From Verrucomicrobiota bacterium (GTDB lineage Bacteria > Verrucomicrobiota > Verrucomicrobiia > Limisphaerales > J093): 64,000 nucleotides of DNA. The translations under genes and the position numbers were made by a program. This document shows positions 1 through 7,824 of the stretch, piece after piece. The notes under the pieces are model-generated. The model saw only the letters and a program-made list of their open reading frames with translations, made no database searches and was not told the DNA's origin. Location of the stretch: positions 837 to 64,836 of the forward strand of contig JBEKGJ010000019.1 of NCBI GenBank assembly GCA_050012855.1. The letters run 5' to 3'. Positions within the stretch are counted from its first letter, which is position 1; each line of letters begins with the position of its first letter.

Positions 1-75
1 CTTCGAACCGGGAAGCGTGGAATACAGCCTTTTCTTAGCCCTTCTCAATCTCAGCATTAATCAAGGAGGTCATCC

Positions 76-516
76 ATGAGCCGAGCCGTTATTACTTACG
101 AACATCGCCTCAATGCCATGTCCGATTCTGCGCCAACGCAGGGCAAACCCACGCCGCTGCCAGAAGACAAATACAAGGATCGGTTGCTCAAATACATACC
201 AGGTGAGGTTGTAACCTTTTATCTTTGCCTCACGGCGAGCGTCGCGGCATCGACAAATGCGCCGCCGTGGCTTAGTTGGGCGATCTTCGTCGTAGGCGTC
301 GTAGCCACGCCGTTTTATCTGCATTTCTACTTGGACGTCTCCGACCGCATCCAGCTCACGGTTTCGACCGTGGCGTTCATCGTATGGGTGTTGGCACTAA
401 ACGCTCTTCCGTTCGAGGGCAAGAGTTGGTACAACCCGGTTTATGGCAGAGTGCTCCTGCCCGTATTTACGTTCTTCGTTGCCGGAGTCAAAACAACGCC
501 TCAACCAGCGCCGTAG
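76..516 (+). CDS. hypothetical integral membrane protein (146 aa)
   Basis: ATG at 76 preceded by AAGGAGG at 63-69. Several hydrophobic helices (VVTFYLCLTASVAAS, WAIFVVGVVATPFYL, VSTVAFIVWVLAL, LLPVFTFFVAGV). No family recognised. Confidence 0.6.
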   Translation: MSRAVITYEHRLNAMSDSAPTQGKPTPLPEDKYKDRLLKYIPGEVVTFYLCLTASVAASTNAPPWLSWAIFVVGVVATPFYLHFYLDVSDRIQLTVSTVAFIVWVLALNALPFEGKSWYNPVYGRVLLPVFTFFVAGVKTTPQPAP

Positions 517-523
517 TTCTGCT

Positions 524-578
524 TCACCCGCGCAGCGTCAATAAACCGGCGGGGCCCAAAAAGCAATTTCCTATCAGT
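524..578. repeat. 55-bp interspersed repeat, copy A (other copies 1653-1707 and 4323-4378)
   Basis: TCACCCGCGCAGCGTCAATAAACCGGCGGGGCCCAAAAAGCAATTTCCTATCAGT read directly. Near-identical strings in the same orientation at the two other loci. Confidence 0.9.
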
Positions 579-626
579 CTCCGTTTTGTATTTGCACCTA
601 CAATAGCCGGATCTCACCTTACAATT

Positions 627-1064
627 ATGAATGAACAACCGGCAGCAGACGAATCGACATCCGATCAAGCGGCAGCAACCGATCCACCGCAAAAGTCCGC
701 GCATAGTCACCAGTCCGGGCGGGAATCGCGCTCTTATCTTGGAAGAGAGCTGCTTGTCGCAATCCTCGCTGCCGTTGTGACGCTAGTCGGGTCCCAGTGG
801 CTACAAAAACGCGAAGAAACACTTCGGCAAGAAGCCGTCGTCCGCGTAATCTACTCGACAGTCCAAAACGATCTTCAGCTTACTATTGGTGTGGTGAGCG
901 GCTTTCGCAGTGCGATCCTCAAGAAAAACTTGAGTGGCGATGACCCAGCGATGTTCCGGCAGATTTATCACCCTTGGGTCGGTTTGCCCGAGTTTTCTGA
1001 AAAGGGGTCGGTTCTTGATAATGGATACTTCGGCAAGTGTGAGTTCTGGATGGCGCTTAGATAA
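627..1064 (+). CDS. hypothetical protein with one predicted TM helix (145 aa)
   Basis: In-frame ATG at 627 inside track ORF 276-1064; the upstream part of that ORF overlaps the previous gene and repeat A. Polar/acidic N-terminus followed by helix LLVAILAAVVTLVGSQWL. Confidence 0.45.
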   Translation: MNEQPAADESTSDQAAATDPPQKSAHSHQSGRESRSYLGRELLVAILAAVVTLVGSQWLQKREETLRQEAVVRVIYSTVQNDLQLTIGVVSGFRSAILKKNLSGDDPAMFRQIYHPWVGLPEFSEKGSVLDNGYFGKCEFWMALR

Positions 1065-1128
1065 GGCAGTTCTTCGCGATTTTCGATGGAACGGATCGGT
1101 AGCCTGAGGGCATGACACCTGGCAAGTG

Positions 1129-1650
1129 TTAGTCCTCACTTTTGACACAAGGTCCGCGGCGTGGCTTTGCGTGCAGGAGGTTCGAGACGTACGTCCAAGT
1201 GCCCATCTGCAGCTGTTGGGCGATCCACTTTAAACTCATTGTCGTTTCCTCTCCGCAACCGCCGCGCCACCCTCACCTTCCCCGCATCCCCTTTGCGCCG
1301 CTGGGGCAAGTCGTCCTCCGCCCAGCCCAATCGCTGCATTTCCTCCCGCACGGTGCGCTGCGCCTTGTGCTCACCGGTCTCCTGCCGGTCCGCTCCGTAG
1401 TGACTGGCCCCAACCCGTTCCGGCCGCCGCCGCCAGCAACCGCGGCAGCGCCGGATGATCGGAAAGGCGTCCTCACAATTGACACAAGTCACGTCATTGC
1501 GGTGGTCGAGATCGAGAAACTCCTGGATTTCCGGGCGGGGAACCACCGTCCGGAACCTCATGAACCGGTGGTCGAGGGCCGGCTGGGAGAGCGCGTAAAG
1601 CAGCTCGCGCATCCGCGGTTTGTCGGTGGGCGCGCTCGGCCGGAAACGGA
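1129..1650 (-). pseudogene. remnant of a Y1 (IS200/RAYT-like) transposase-family gene: C-terminal HTH part only, frameshifted
   Basis: GASHYGADRQETGEHKAQRTVREEMQRLGWAEDDLPQRRKGDAGKVRVARRLR is followed, after a shift near 1250, by ETTMSLKWIAQQLQMGTWTYVSNLLHAKPRRGPCVKSED and a stop at 1129-1131. A further 1-nt indel is seen relative to the paralogous remnant at 4379-4900. The N-terminal catalytic domain is absent. Confidence 0.6.
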
Positions 1651-1652
1651 TC

Positions 1653-1707
1653 TCACCCGCGCAGCTTCAATGACGGGCGGGGCCGCAAAAAGCAATTTCC
1701 TGTCAGT
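1653..1707. repeat. 55-bp interspersed repeat, copy B
   Basis: TCACCCGCGCAGCTTCAATGACGGGCGGGGCCGCAAAAAGCAATTTCCTGTCAGT. Sits exactly at the truncated 5' boundary of the minus-strand transposase remnant. Confidence 0.9.
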
Positions 1708-1736
1708 TTGACATATCCTTAAAAGGGCTTTATAAG

Positions 1737-2039
1737 GTGACTGTGAAATTGATCGCGATCCAGGATTTGAAGCAGCCGCGCCGGCTCAAGGAACGGTTGC
1801 GGGCGGAGAAGGAATTGCTGCTGACCAGCGATGGCCGGCCCGTGGCCGTGCTGGTGAACGTGGACGCCTCGGAAGACCCGGAGACGGTGATTCAGTCCAT
1901 CCGCGATTCGCGCAGCCGGCTGGCCTTGAGCCGCATTCGCGAGGCGGCAGCCCACAGCGGAGCCGCCCGGCTGTCGCTGGCTGAAATCGATCGTGAAATC
2001 GCCGCCACCCGCAAGGCGCGCCGTTCTTCCCGGCGATGA
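1737..2039 (+). CDS. putative type II antitoxin paired with the PIN toxin (100 aa)
   Basis: GTG start. Its stop overlaps the start of the PIN gene (ATGA at 2036-2039). The N-terminal segment ELLLTSDGRPVAVLVNVD resembles Phd/YefM-type antitoxins, and the tail is basic. Confidence 0.7.
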   Translation: MTVKLIAIQDLKQPRRLKERLRAEKELLLTSDGRPVAVLVNVDASEDPETVIQSIRDSRSRLALSRIREAAAHSGAARLSLAEIDREIAATRKARRSSRR

Positions 2040-2455
2040 ACCGCGCGGTGTTTGACACGAACGTGGTGGTGTCCGGCTTCCTGTCGCCCACGGGGCCGCC
2101 GGGCCGCATTGTGGAGTGGCTGCGCCACGGCGGCGTGCAGGCCGTGCTGGATGACCGGATTATGGCTGAATATCGCGGGGTGTTGTCGCGGGCCGTTTTC
2201 CAATTGCCCGCCCCCGAAGTGGAACTGGTGCTCACGGCCATCCGCGCCCGGGCGTTTTGGATCGAAGCAGCGGCAGTCCACACGGTGCGCGGCTTGCCAG
2301 ACCTGGATGATGCGCCGTTTCTGGAGTGCGCGCAGGCGGCAGGCGTGCCCTTGGTCACCGGCAACACCCGTCACTATCCGAAATCGGCGGCGGGCGGAGT
2401 TGAATTGCTCACTCCCGCACAATTCGTCGCGAGGTTGAAAAGCAAGGAGCCATAA
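2036..2455 (+). CDS. PIN-domain toxin (PIN_3 / TIGR00305-like, 139 aa)
   Basis: MNRAVFDTNVVVSGFLSPTGPPGRIV..., LDDAPFLECAQAAGVPLVTGNTRHY. Has the typical N-terminal D-T-N motif and later acidic residues of this PIN subfamily. Confidence 0.85.
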   Translation: MNRAVFDTNVVVSGFLSPTGPPGRIVEWLRHGGVQAVLDDRIMAEYRGVLSRAVFQLPAPEVELVLTAIRARAFWIEAAAVHTVRGLPDLDDAPFLECAQAAGVPLVTGNTRHYPKSAAGGVELLTPAQFVARLKSKEP

Positions 2456-2487
2456 ACTCCCTTTGCGCGCTGAATGTGACGATTTCA

Positions 2488-2557
2488 GTCGTGAAGGGGT
2501 CGCCCAGTTCTTACAATTGACAACTCGAGGCGGCGTCACACCGCTGGCCCCGGCACC
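2488..2557 (-). repeat. about 65-70-bp repeat, copy a (partner 30219-30277 in opposite orientation)
   Basis: The reverse complement reads GGTGCCGGGGCCAGCGGTGTGACGCCGCCTCGAGTTGTCAATTGTAAGAAC(TGGGCGA)CCCCTTCACGAC. It aligns with 30219-30277, sharing a 17-mer TTGTCAATTGTAAGAAC and differing by a 7-nt indel. Confidence 0.8.
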
Positions 2558-2941
2558 GTGCTGCCCCCGTTGAGCAGCGTCCCGATGTATCGCTGACAGT
2601 AGCTGGTGTGCGTCTTGTTAATGGACAACCGCTTCAATCCCTCCGCTGTAACTCTCGGTCAAGAGTTCGTTGGCGTCGTTGTAGGTCAAGGCGAAGCGGA
2701 CGAGACTGAGGATTTCATTCCACCAAGCCCCGTCCAAGCAGCCAATGATCGTCGATTATAAGCACCGCCCCTTCATGCGGCAAAAGAAATCTATGTAAAT
2801 GTTGCTTTGAACGACGAAAAAGTGAAGCAGTTTCTCATTGAAAGGATCGTCAAAAAGGACATTGTCGTTCCAAATACAATGATTAGCTTCGTCACAGGCT
2901 CAGCGCCGCAAGCTGGAGAATAATCTGAAGCTGATTGCCAT

Positions 2942-3493
2942 CTACGACAAGAGGTGTTGAATACAGCGAGGCAACACTCGGTCTTTGTGGCCCAGCTTCT
3001 CCACCCACGGTTGCAACGAAGCTAGGATTTCCAGCTTGATGTCGGAGAATCGCTCCAAATCTCGCACGAAGCACTCAAAGCCAGCAGCGCAGAAATCCGC
3101 CGGGAGTTTGACGTTATCATCGTGAAAGCCGTGTTTGTATTTCTGCGGATACTCAAGATCCAAGCCGAACAGGGTCTTTATGGTGCTGGCACACGGCTGA
3201 ACAAAATAGGGAATTCTGACGATTGTGTAGCCAAGTTCTCCAAAGTGTTCATCTTTCATTTGGTCTAAAAAAACATCCTCGGATTTGGTGTAGTGTCCAA
3301 ATCCGTCGAACTCCACCAACATTTTCAGGTTTTTACACTGGAAATCAGGTCTCATTTTACAACCCGATCCGGCGACCTGTCTGTCGCGCACAAAATCAGA
3401 TTTGGGGTATAGGACTAAAAGCAGTTTCCCCAGGTTGTGTTCGTTCAGAAAATCCCTTTGGGCGAACTCTGCTTTTGTCGGCCCCTTACCCAT
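2942..3493 (-). CDS. DUF559/Vsr-like (PD-(D/E)xK fold) endonuclease-domain protein (183 aa from the preferred start)
   Basis: MRPDFQCKNLKMLVEFDGFGHY...DQMKDEHFGELGYTIVRIPYF matches the R-x-D...VE-x-DG-x-x-H...D...LGY-x-V-x-R pattern of DUF559-type nuclease domains. The ATG at 3493 has AGGAG 8 nt upstream; the longer track ORF starts at 3547. Lies in a low-GC region. Confidence 0.55.
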   Translation of the reverse strand: MGKGPTKAEFAQRDFLNEHNLGKLLLVLYPKSDFVRDRQVAGSGCKMRPDFQCKNLKMLVEFDGFGHYTKSEDVFLDQMKDEHFGELGYTIVRIPYFVQPCASTIKTLFGLDLEYPQKYKHGFHDDNVKLPADFCAAGFECFVRDLERFSDIKLEILASLQPWVEKLGHKDRVLPRCIQHLLS

Positions 3494-3558
3494 TTTTCTT
3501 CTCCTGTATTGAAATGGCGTTGTTTGGGTTTTGGAATGGATGTTCATTTACAGGACTT

Positions 3559-4056
3559 TTACGGTTTGGGCCAAAGTTTTAAGGCGAGCGTTGCATCGTG
3601 GGAATATTGTGCAACGACACCGTGTTTTGTTTGTCCATCCGGCGTTGGCTCCATTGCGACCGGAGTCATGGATGCGGCGAGGTATTCCCAGCATTTCCAA
3701 GACTGGGTTGGCATCCAGTATTCCGAGATAATATTTGTCAAAACCTCTAATTTTTCAAGGAAGTGTCTTGCGTAACTGACCAAATACATTGGGTGGTGGA
3801 GGGATGGATTGACCATTTGAACGCGGTAAACATTGATTGGTGTTTCTGCGGTTCCGCGTTCTGAAACAAGGTAAGCAGCACAAAATACCGGATCGTCTCC
3901 AGCGAATAAAGCCCCGGATCGAGAAATAGCAGCAGCCGGTTTGAGTTGGTCGAATTCCCTGTCGATTCTGGCCTGAATTCTCGTCAAGGTTCGGATAGGG
4001 GCAGTCTTTGGCTGATTAAGTTCCAAAATTGAGGTGGTTGCATGGAATAATGGCAT
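3559..4056 (-). CDS. hypothetical protein (165 aa), upstream partner of the nuclease-like gene
   Basis: Clean ORF in the low-GC island. Its stop is 11 nt before the 3547 ATG of the next gene, and about 65 nt before the preferred 3493 start. No family recognised. Confidence 0.5.
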   Translation of the reverse strand: MPLFHATTSILELNQPKTAPIRTLTRIQARIDREFDQLKPAAAISRSGALFAGDDPVFCAAYLVSERGTAETPINVYRVQMVNPSLHHPMYLVSYARHFLEKLEVLTNIISEYWMPTQSWKCWEYLAASMTPVAMEPTPDGQTKHGVVAQYSHDATLALKLWPKP

Positions 4057-4322
4057 ATTTTTAGCCGGGTAACAGCCTACACAATCCGCAGTTTATTTTG
4101 CGAGCGAAGGGTCTTTGACGTATTTGAACCATCTCCCGACCATGGAATCCTTCTCAAATTGATTCCAGTAGGTGAAGAGAAATGGCGGAGTAATTACGTC
4201 GTTTGACATGGCGAAAAATGATTTGTTGTGCCGAAGCGGTAGTCTGCGTTCACAACAAACCAACTATGGTTCCGGACGAGGAAAGTCAAGCCCTTCCGCC
4301 GGAAAAACTATCAAGAAAGTCA

Positions 4323-4378
4323 TCACCCGCGCAGCGTCAATAAACCGGCGGCGCGGTGAATAGCGAATTTCTATCAGT
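4323..4378. repeat. 55-bp interspersed repeat, copy C
   Basis: TCACCCGCGCAGCGTCAATAAACCGGCGGCGCGGTGAATAGCGAATTTCTATCAGT. Abuts the point where homology to the 1129-1650 remnant starts (4379 corresponds to about 1337). Confidence 0.85.
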
Positions 4379-4900
4379 ATTTCCTCCCGCACGATGCGTT
4401 GCGCCTTGTGCAAGCCGGTCTCCAGCCGGTCCGATCCGTAGTGGCTGGCGCCAACCCGCTCCACCGCCGCCGCCAGCAACTCCTGGCGAAACTCCTCGCT
4501 GCCCAGGCACCAACCCCGCTGAATGGAACGCTCATCCGCCGATCCCGCTTCCCGCCGCCGACGGTAGCTGTCCTGATTCCGTGGGTCGTGGACCGCCGGG
4601 CCGCGACGGTCGGGGAACACAGGCCGCCGGCGTGTGGTTTTCGGCGGCTCGCCGAGAACATCCCCAAACAGCCAGGGAAGGCGTCCGGCGGGCCGCCGGA
4701 CGCCGCACGCGAGCCGCGCGCGCTCCCCGAGCCGCGACGGTCCGGGAGCAAAGGTCGCCGGCGAACAAGAACTACGTGCGTGACGGTCTGAAACCGATGG
4801 CGGGCTTGACTTATCGGGCGACATCGGTAAGTAACGGCGAGCCTTCGGGCTGCATGACCATGGGATTCATTGAACCGGCCGGCCAAACCCGCGGCGGGCG
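4379..4900 (-). pseudogene. second Y1-transposase-family remnant, 3'-truncated and frame-disrupted
   Basis: RGWCLGSEEFRQELLAAAVERVGASHYGSDRLETGLHKAQRIVREE ends abruptly at repeat C. Another minus frame upstream shows a possible degenerate catalytic-domain trace (GRFNESHGH...RHRFQTVTHVVLV). Confidence 0.5.
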
Positions 4901-4984
4901 CCGCGGACCATCGCCACGCCCTGCGCCACTGGTGAATCCCAGCCAGGTTGTTTCCTTCGGTCAACCCACGCTTCCCCAACTCGC

Positions 4985-6490
4985 ATGAACATTTTCCGTC
5001 GCAAGTCCGTGGCCGACCTCCAGGCGGAAGCGTTGAACGACCAGCGGCTGCATCGCGCCCTTGGACCGTTGAACCTGACGACCCTGGGCATCGGGGCGAT
5101 CGTCGGCGCGGGCATTTTTGTGCTCACCGGCCAGGCCGCCGCGCAGTACGCCGGTCCGGGCATCGTTTTCTCCTTCATTCTGGCCGGGATTGCCTGCACG
5201 TTTGCCGGCCTGTGCTACGCCGAGTTTTCGGCGATGATCCCAATTTCGGGGTCGGCCTATACCTACGGCTATGCCACGCTCGGTGAATTTGTCGCCTGGA
5301 TTATCGGGTGGGATTTGATCCTCGAGTATTTGTTCGCGGCCTCGACCGTGGCGGTGGGGTGGTCGGGTTATGTCACTGCGTTCCTGAAGGACCTGGGGAT
5401 TGTCATCCCGGCGGCCTTCACCTCGGCGCCTTACGATCACAAGGCGTCACTGGAAGCCGGCTTCAACGTCTGGCGATTGTTCACCGAGGGCTGGGTCAGC
5501 ACCGGGGCGGTCCTCAACATTCCCGCCATGGTGGTCGTGGCGGTCATCACGATCCTCCTCATCATCGGCATCAAGGAATCCGCCACCTTCAACAACGTGA
5601 TCGTCGCCGTCAAGCTGGCGGTGATCTTCCTCTTCATCGGCATCGGCGTCGCCTACATCAACCGGCAGAACTGGCACCCCTTCATTCCCGAGAACATCGG
5701 CACCTGGGGCCAGTTTGGATGGTCGGGCGTCCTCCGGGCCGCGGGCGTGATTTTCTTCGCCTACATCGGATTCGATTCGGTGTCCACGGCCGCCCAGGAG
5801 GCCAAGAACCCACAACGGGACATGCCGATTGGCATCCTGTGCTCGCTGGCGGTCTGCACGGTCCTCTACATCGTCGTTTCCGTGATTCTGACCGGCATCG
5901 TTTCCTACAAGGACCTCAATGTCCCGCACCCGATCTCGGTCGCCATCAGTTCGCTCGGCCCCAGACTGGCTTGGCTGCGGGTGCTCATCAACATTGGCGC
6001 CATTGCGGGTCTCTCGTCCGTCATCCTGGTCATGATGCTCGGCCAGCCGCGCATTTTCTACACGATGGCCAAGGACGGGTTGCTGCCGTCGGTGTTCAGC
6101 ACGGTGCATCCGCGGTTCCGCACCCCCTGGGTGGCGCAACTGCTGACCGGGTTGCTCGCCATGCTGATCGCGGGTCTGTTTCCCATCGGTCTGTTGGGGG
6201 AACTGGTTTCGATCGGCACGCTGCTGGCCTTCGTGATCGTCTGCGCCGGGGTGCTGGTGCTGCGATTCACCGATCCGCAAATTCACCGGCCCTTCCGGAC
6301 CCCGATGGTCGGCGTGGTCGCGCCGCTGGGCATCCTGTTCTGCGGCTGGTTGATGTACGGCCTGCCGCGCGATACCTGGGCACGGTTGCTCGTCTGGATG
6401 GCCATCGGGCTGGTCATCTACTTCAGCTACGGCAGGCGCCGGAGCACGCTGGCGCGGACGCAAGCACCGTCATCGAGCCCATTGACCTGA
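4985..6490 (+). CDS. APC-superfamily amino-acid permease (cationic amino acid transporter-like, 501 aa)
   Basis: LTTLGIGAIVGAGIFVLTG, AYAEFSAMIPISGSAYTY, IFFAYIGFDSVSTAAQEAKNPQRDMP. About 12-14 TM helices. Confidence 0.9.
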   Translation: MNIFRRKSVADLQAEALNDQRLHRALGPLNLTTLGIGAIVGAGIFVLTGQAAAQYAGPGIVFSFILAGIACTFAGLCYAEFSAMIPISGSAYTYGYATLGEFVAWIIGWDLILEYLFAASTVAVGWSGYVTAFLKDLGIVIPAAFTSAPYDHKASLEAGFNVWRLFTEGWVSTGAVLNIPAMVVVAVITILLIIGIKESATFNNVIVAVKLAVIFLFIGIGVAYINRQNWHPFIPENIGTWGQFGWSGVLRAAGVIFFAYIGFDSVSTAAQEAKNPQRDMPIGILCSLAVCTVLYIVVSVILTGIVSYKDLNVPHPISVAISSLGPRLAWLRVLINIGAIAGLSSVILVMMLGQPRIFYTMAKDGLLPSVFSTVHPRFRTPWVAQLLTGLLAMLIAGLFPIGLLGELVSIGTLLAFVIVCAGVLVLRFTDPQIHRPFRTPMVGVVAPLGILFCGWLMYGLPRDTWARLLVWMAIGLVIYFSYGRRRSTLARTQAPSSSPLT

Positions 6491-6681
6491 GCGGGCGGTG
6501 CCTTTACGGTTTCCACCCGGCGTGCCGTGGACGACCGTCGGAGGCTTGGGCTCAAGCCAGACTCGCATGGCAGGCAGCTCATGGGAACTGCTCATGCGCT
6601 CTTTACCGAACCGGGAAATCCTTTGGTACCTTTGCCAAGAAGAAGCTTACAAGCGCCGGCCGCGGCCGGCATCGTCAAGTC

Positions 6682-7809
6682 ATGAAAGGTAAAATCGCCG
6701 TCGCGGTGGTGCTGGTGCTCGTGGTCATGGGCGGGCTCGCCGGGCCCAAAGTGATGCAATTCCGGAAACTCATCGCCAGCAACAAGGAAATGGTCCAGGC
6801 GCCCGAAGTGGTGTCGGCCACCGTGGCCCACGAGGAAAAATGGCAGGGCACCCTCAGCGCCATCGGCACCGTGACGGCGGTCCAGGGCGTGAATGTCACC
6901 ACCGAGATTCCCGGCATCCTGAACGTGATCGCGTTTGAATCCGGCGCCACGGTCGCGAAGGGCGACCTGCTGGTGCAGTTGGACACGTCCTCCGAGGAGG
7001 CGCAGTTGCGCGCGATCGAGGCGCAGGTCGAACTCGGCCGGCTCACCCTGGTCCGCATGCAGGCGCTCCGGCAGGACAAGACCGTGTCGCAGTCCGATCT
7101 CGACACCGCGGACGCGACGCTCAAGCAAGCCCAGGCGAACGCCGACAACATCCGTGCAACGATCGCCAAGAAGACCATTCGCGCACCCTTCGCCGGCCGG
7201 CTCGGCATCCGGTTGATCAACCTCGGACAATACCTGGAGGCCGGCAAACCGATCGTTTCGCTCCAGGCGTTGACGCCCATCCACGCGGACTTCTCGCTGC
7301 CGCAGCAGGAGTTGGCCCGGCTCCAAACCGGGATGAACGTGCATTTGACCACGGACACGTATCCCGGCCGGGAGTTCGCGGGGTCGCTGACGGCGCTCAA
7401 CCCGGACCTCGACGCCTCGACGCGCAGCGTGGGACTCCAGGCCACCTTCGAGAATGCCGACCAGGTCCTGCGGCCCGGCATGTTCGGCCGCGTCGAAGTC
7501 TTGCTGCCGGAAGAGGAAACCGTGCTCGTGATTCCCGCCACGGCCGTGCTCAGCGCCCCCTACGGCGACTCGGTCTATGTGATCGAGCCTGGCGCCAGCC
7601 AGGCCGGCAAGGCCGGCTCGGTGGTGCGCCAGCAGTTCATCCGCACCGGGCACGCCCGCGGCGACCTGTTGAGCGTCGTGTCCGGCCTGAAGCCGGGCGA
7701 GAAGATCGTCAGCGCCGGCGTGTTCAAGCTGCGCAACCGCATGGCCGTGGAGGAGGACAACACGCTGTCGCCGAAAGCCTCCGCCACCCCCCGGCCCAGC
7801 GACAGTTAA
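6682..7809 (+). CDS. RND efflux periplasmic adaptor (membrane fusion protein, 375 aa)
   Basis: ATG at 6682 inside track ORF 5308-7809. N-terminal anchor KIAVAVVLVLVVMGGL. Lipoyl/hairpin/beta-barrel motifs (GDLLVQLD, IRAPFAGRLGIRLINLGQYL, RPGMFGRVEV). Confidence 0.9.
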   Translation: MKGKIAVAVVLVLVVMGGLAGPKVMQFRKLIASNKEMVQAPEVVSATVAHEEKWQGTLSAIGTVTAVQGVNVTTEIPGILNVIAFESGATVAKGDLLVQLDTSSEEAQLRAIEAQVELGRLTLVRMQALRQDKTVSQSDLDTADATLKQAQANADNIRATIAKKTIRAPFAGRLGIRLINLGQYLEAGKPIVSLQALTPIHADFSLPQQELARLQTGMNVHLTTDTYPGREFAGSLTALNPDLDASTRSVGLQATFENADQVLRPGMFGRVEVLLPEEETVLVIPATAVLSAPYGDSVYVIEPGASQAGKAGSVVRQQFIRTGHARGDLLSVVSGLKPGEKIVSAGVFKLRNRMAVEEDNTLSPKASATPRPSDS

Positions 7810-7824
7810 GGTCCGGGAGTCGTC

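Noticed and set aside
5308-6681. N-terminal 458 codons of track ORF 5308-7809, which would make an 833-aa protein
   Set aside because: This part overlaps the amino-acid permease out of frame and is Gly/Arg/His/Pro low complexity. The adaptor protein begins sensibly at the ATG at 6682 with a membrane anchor.
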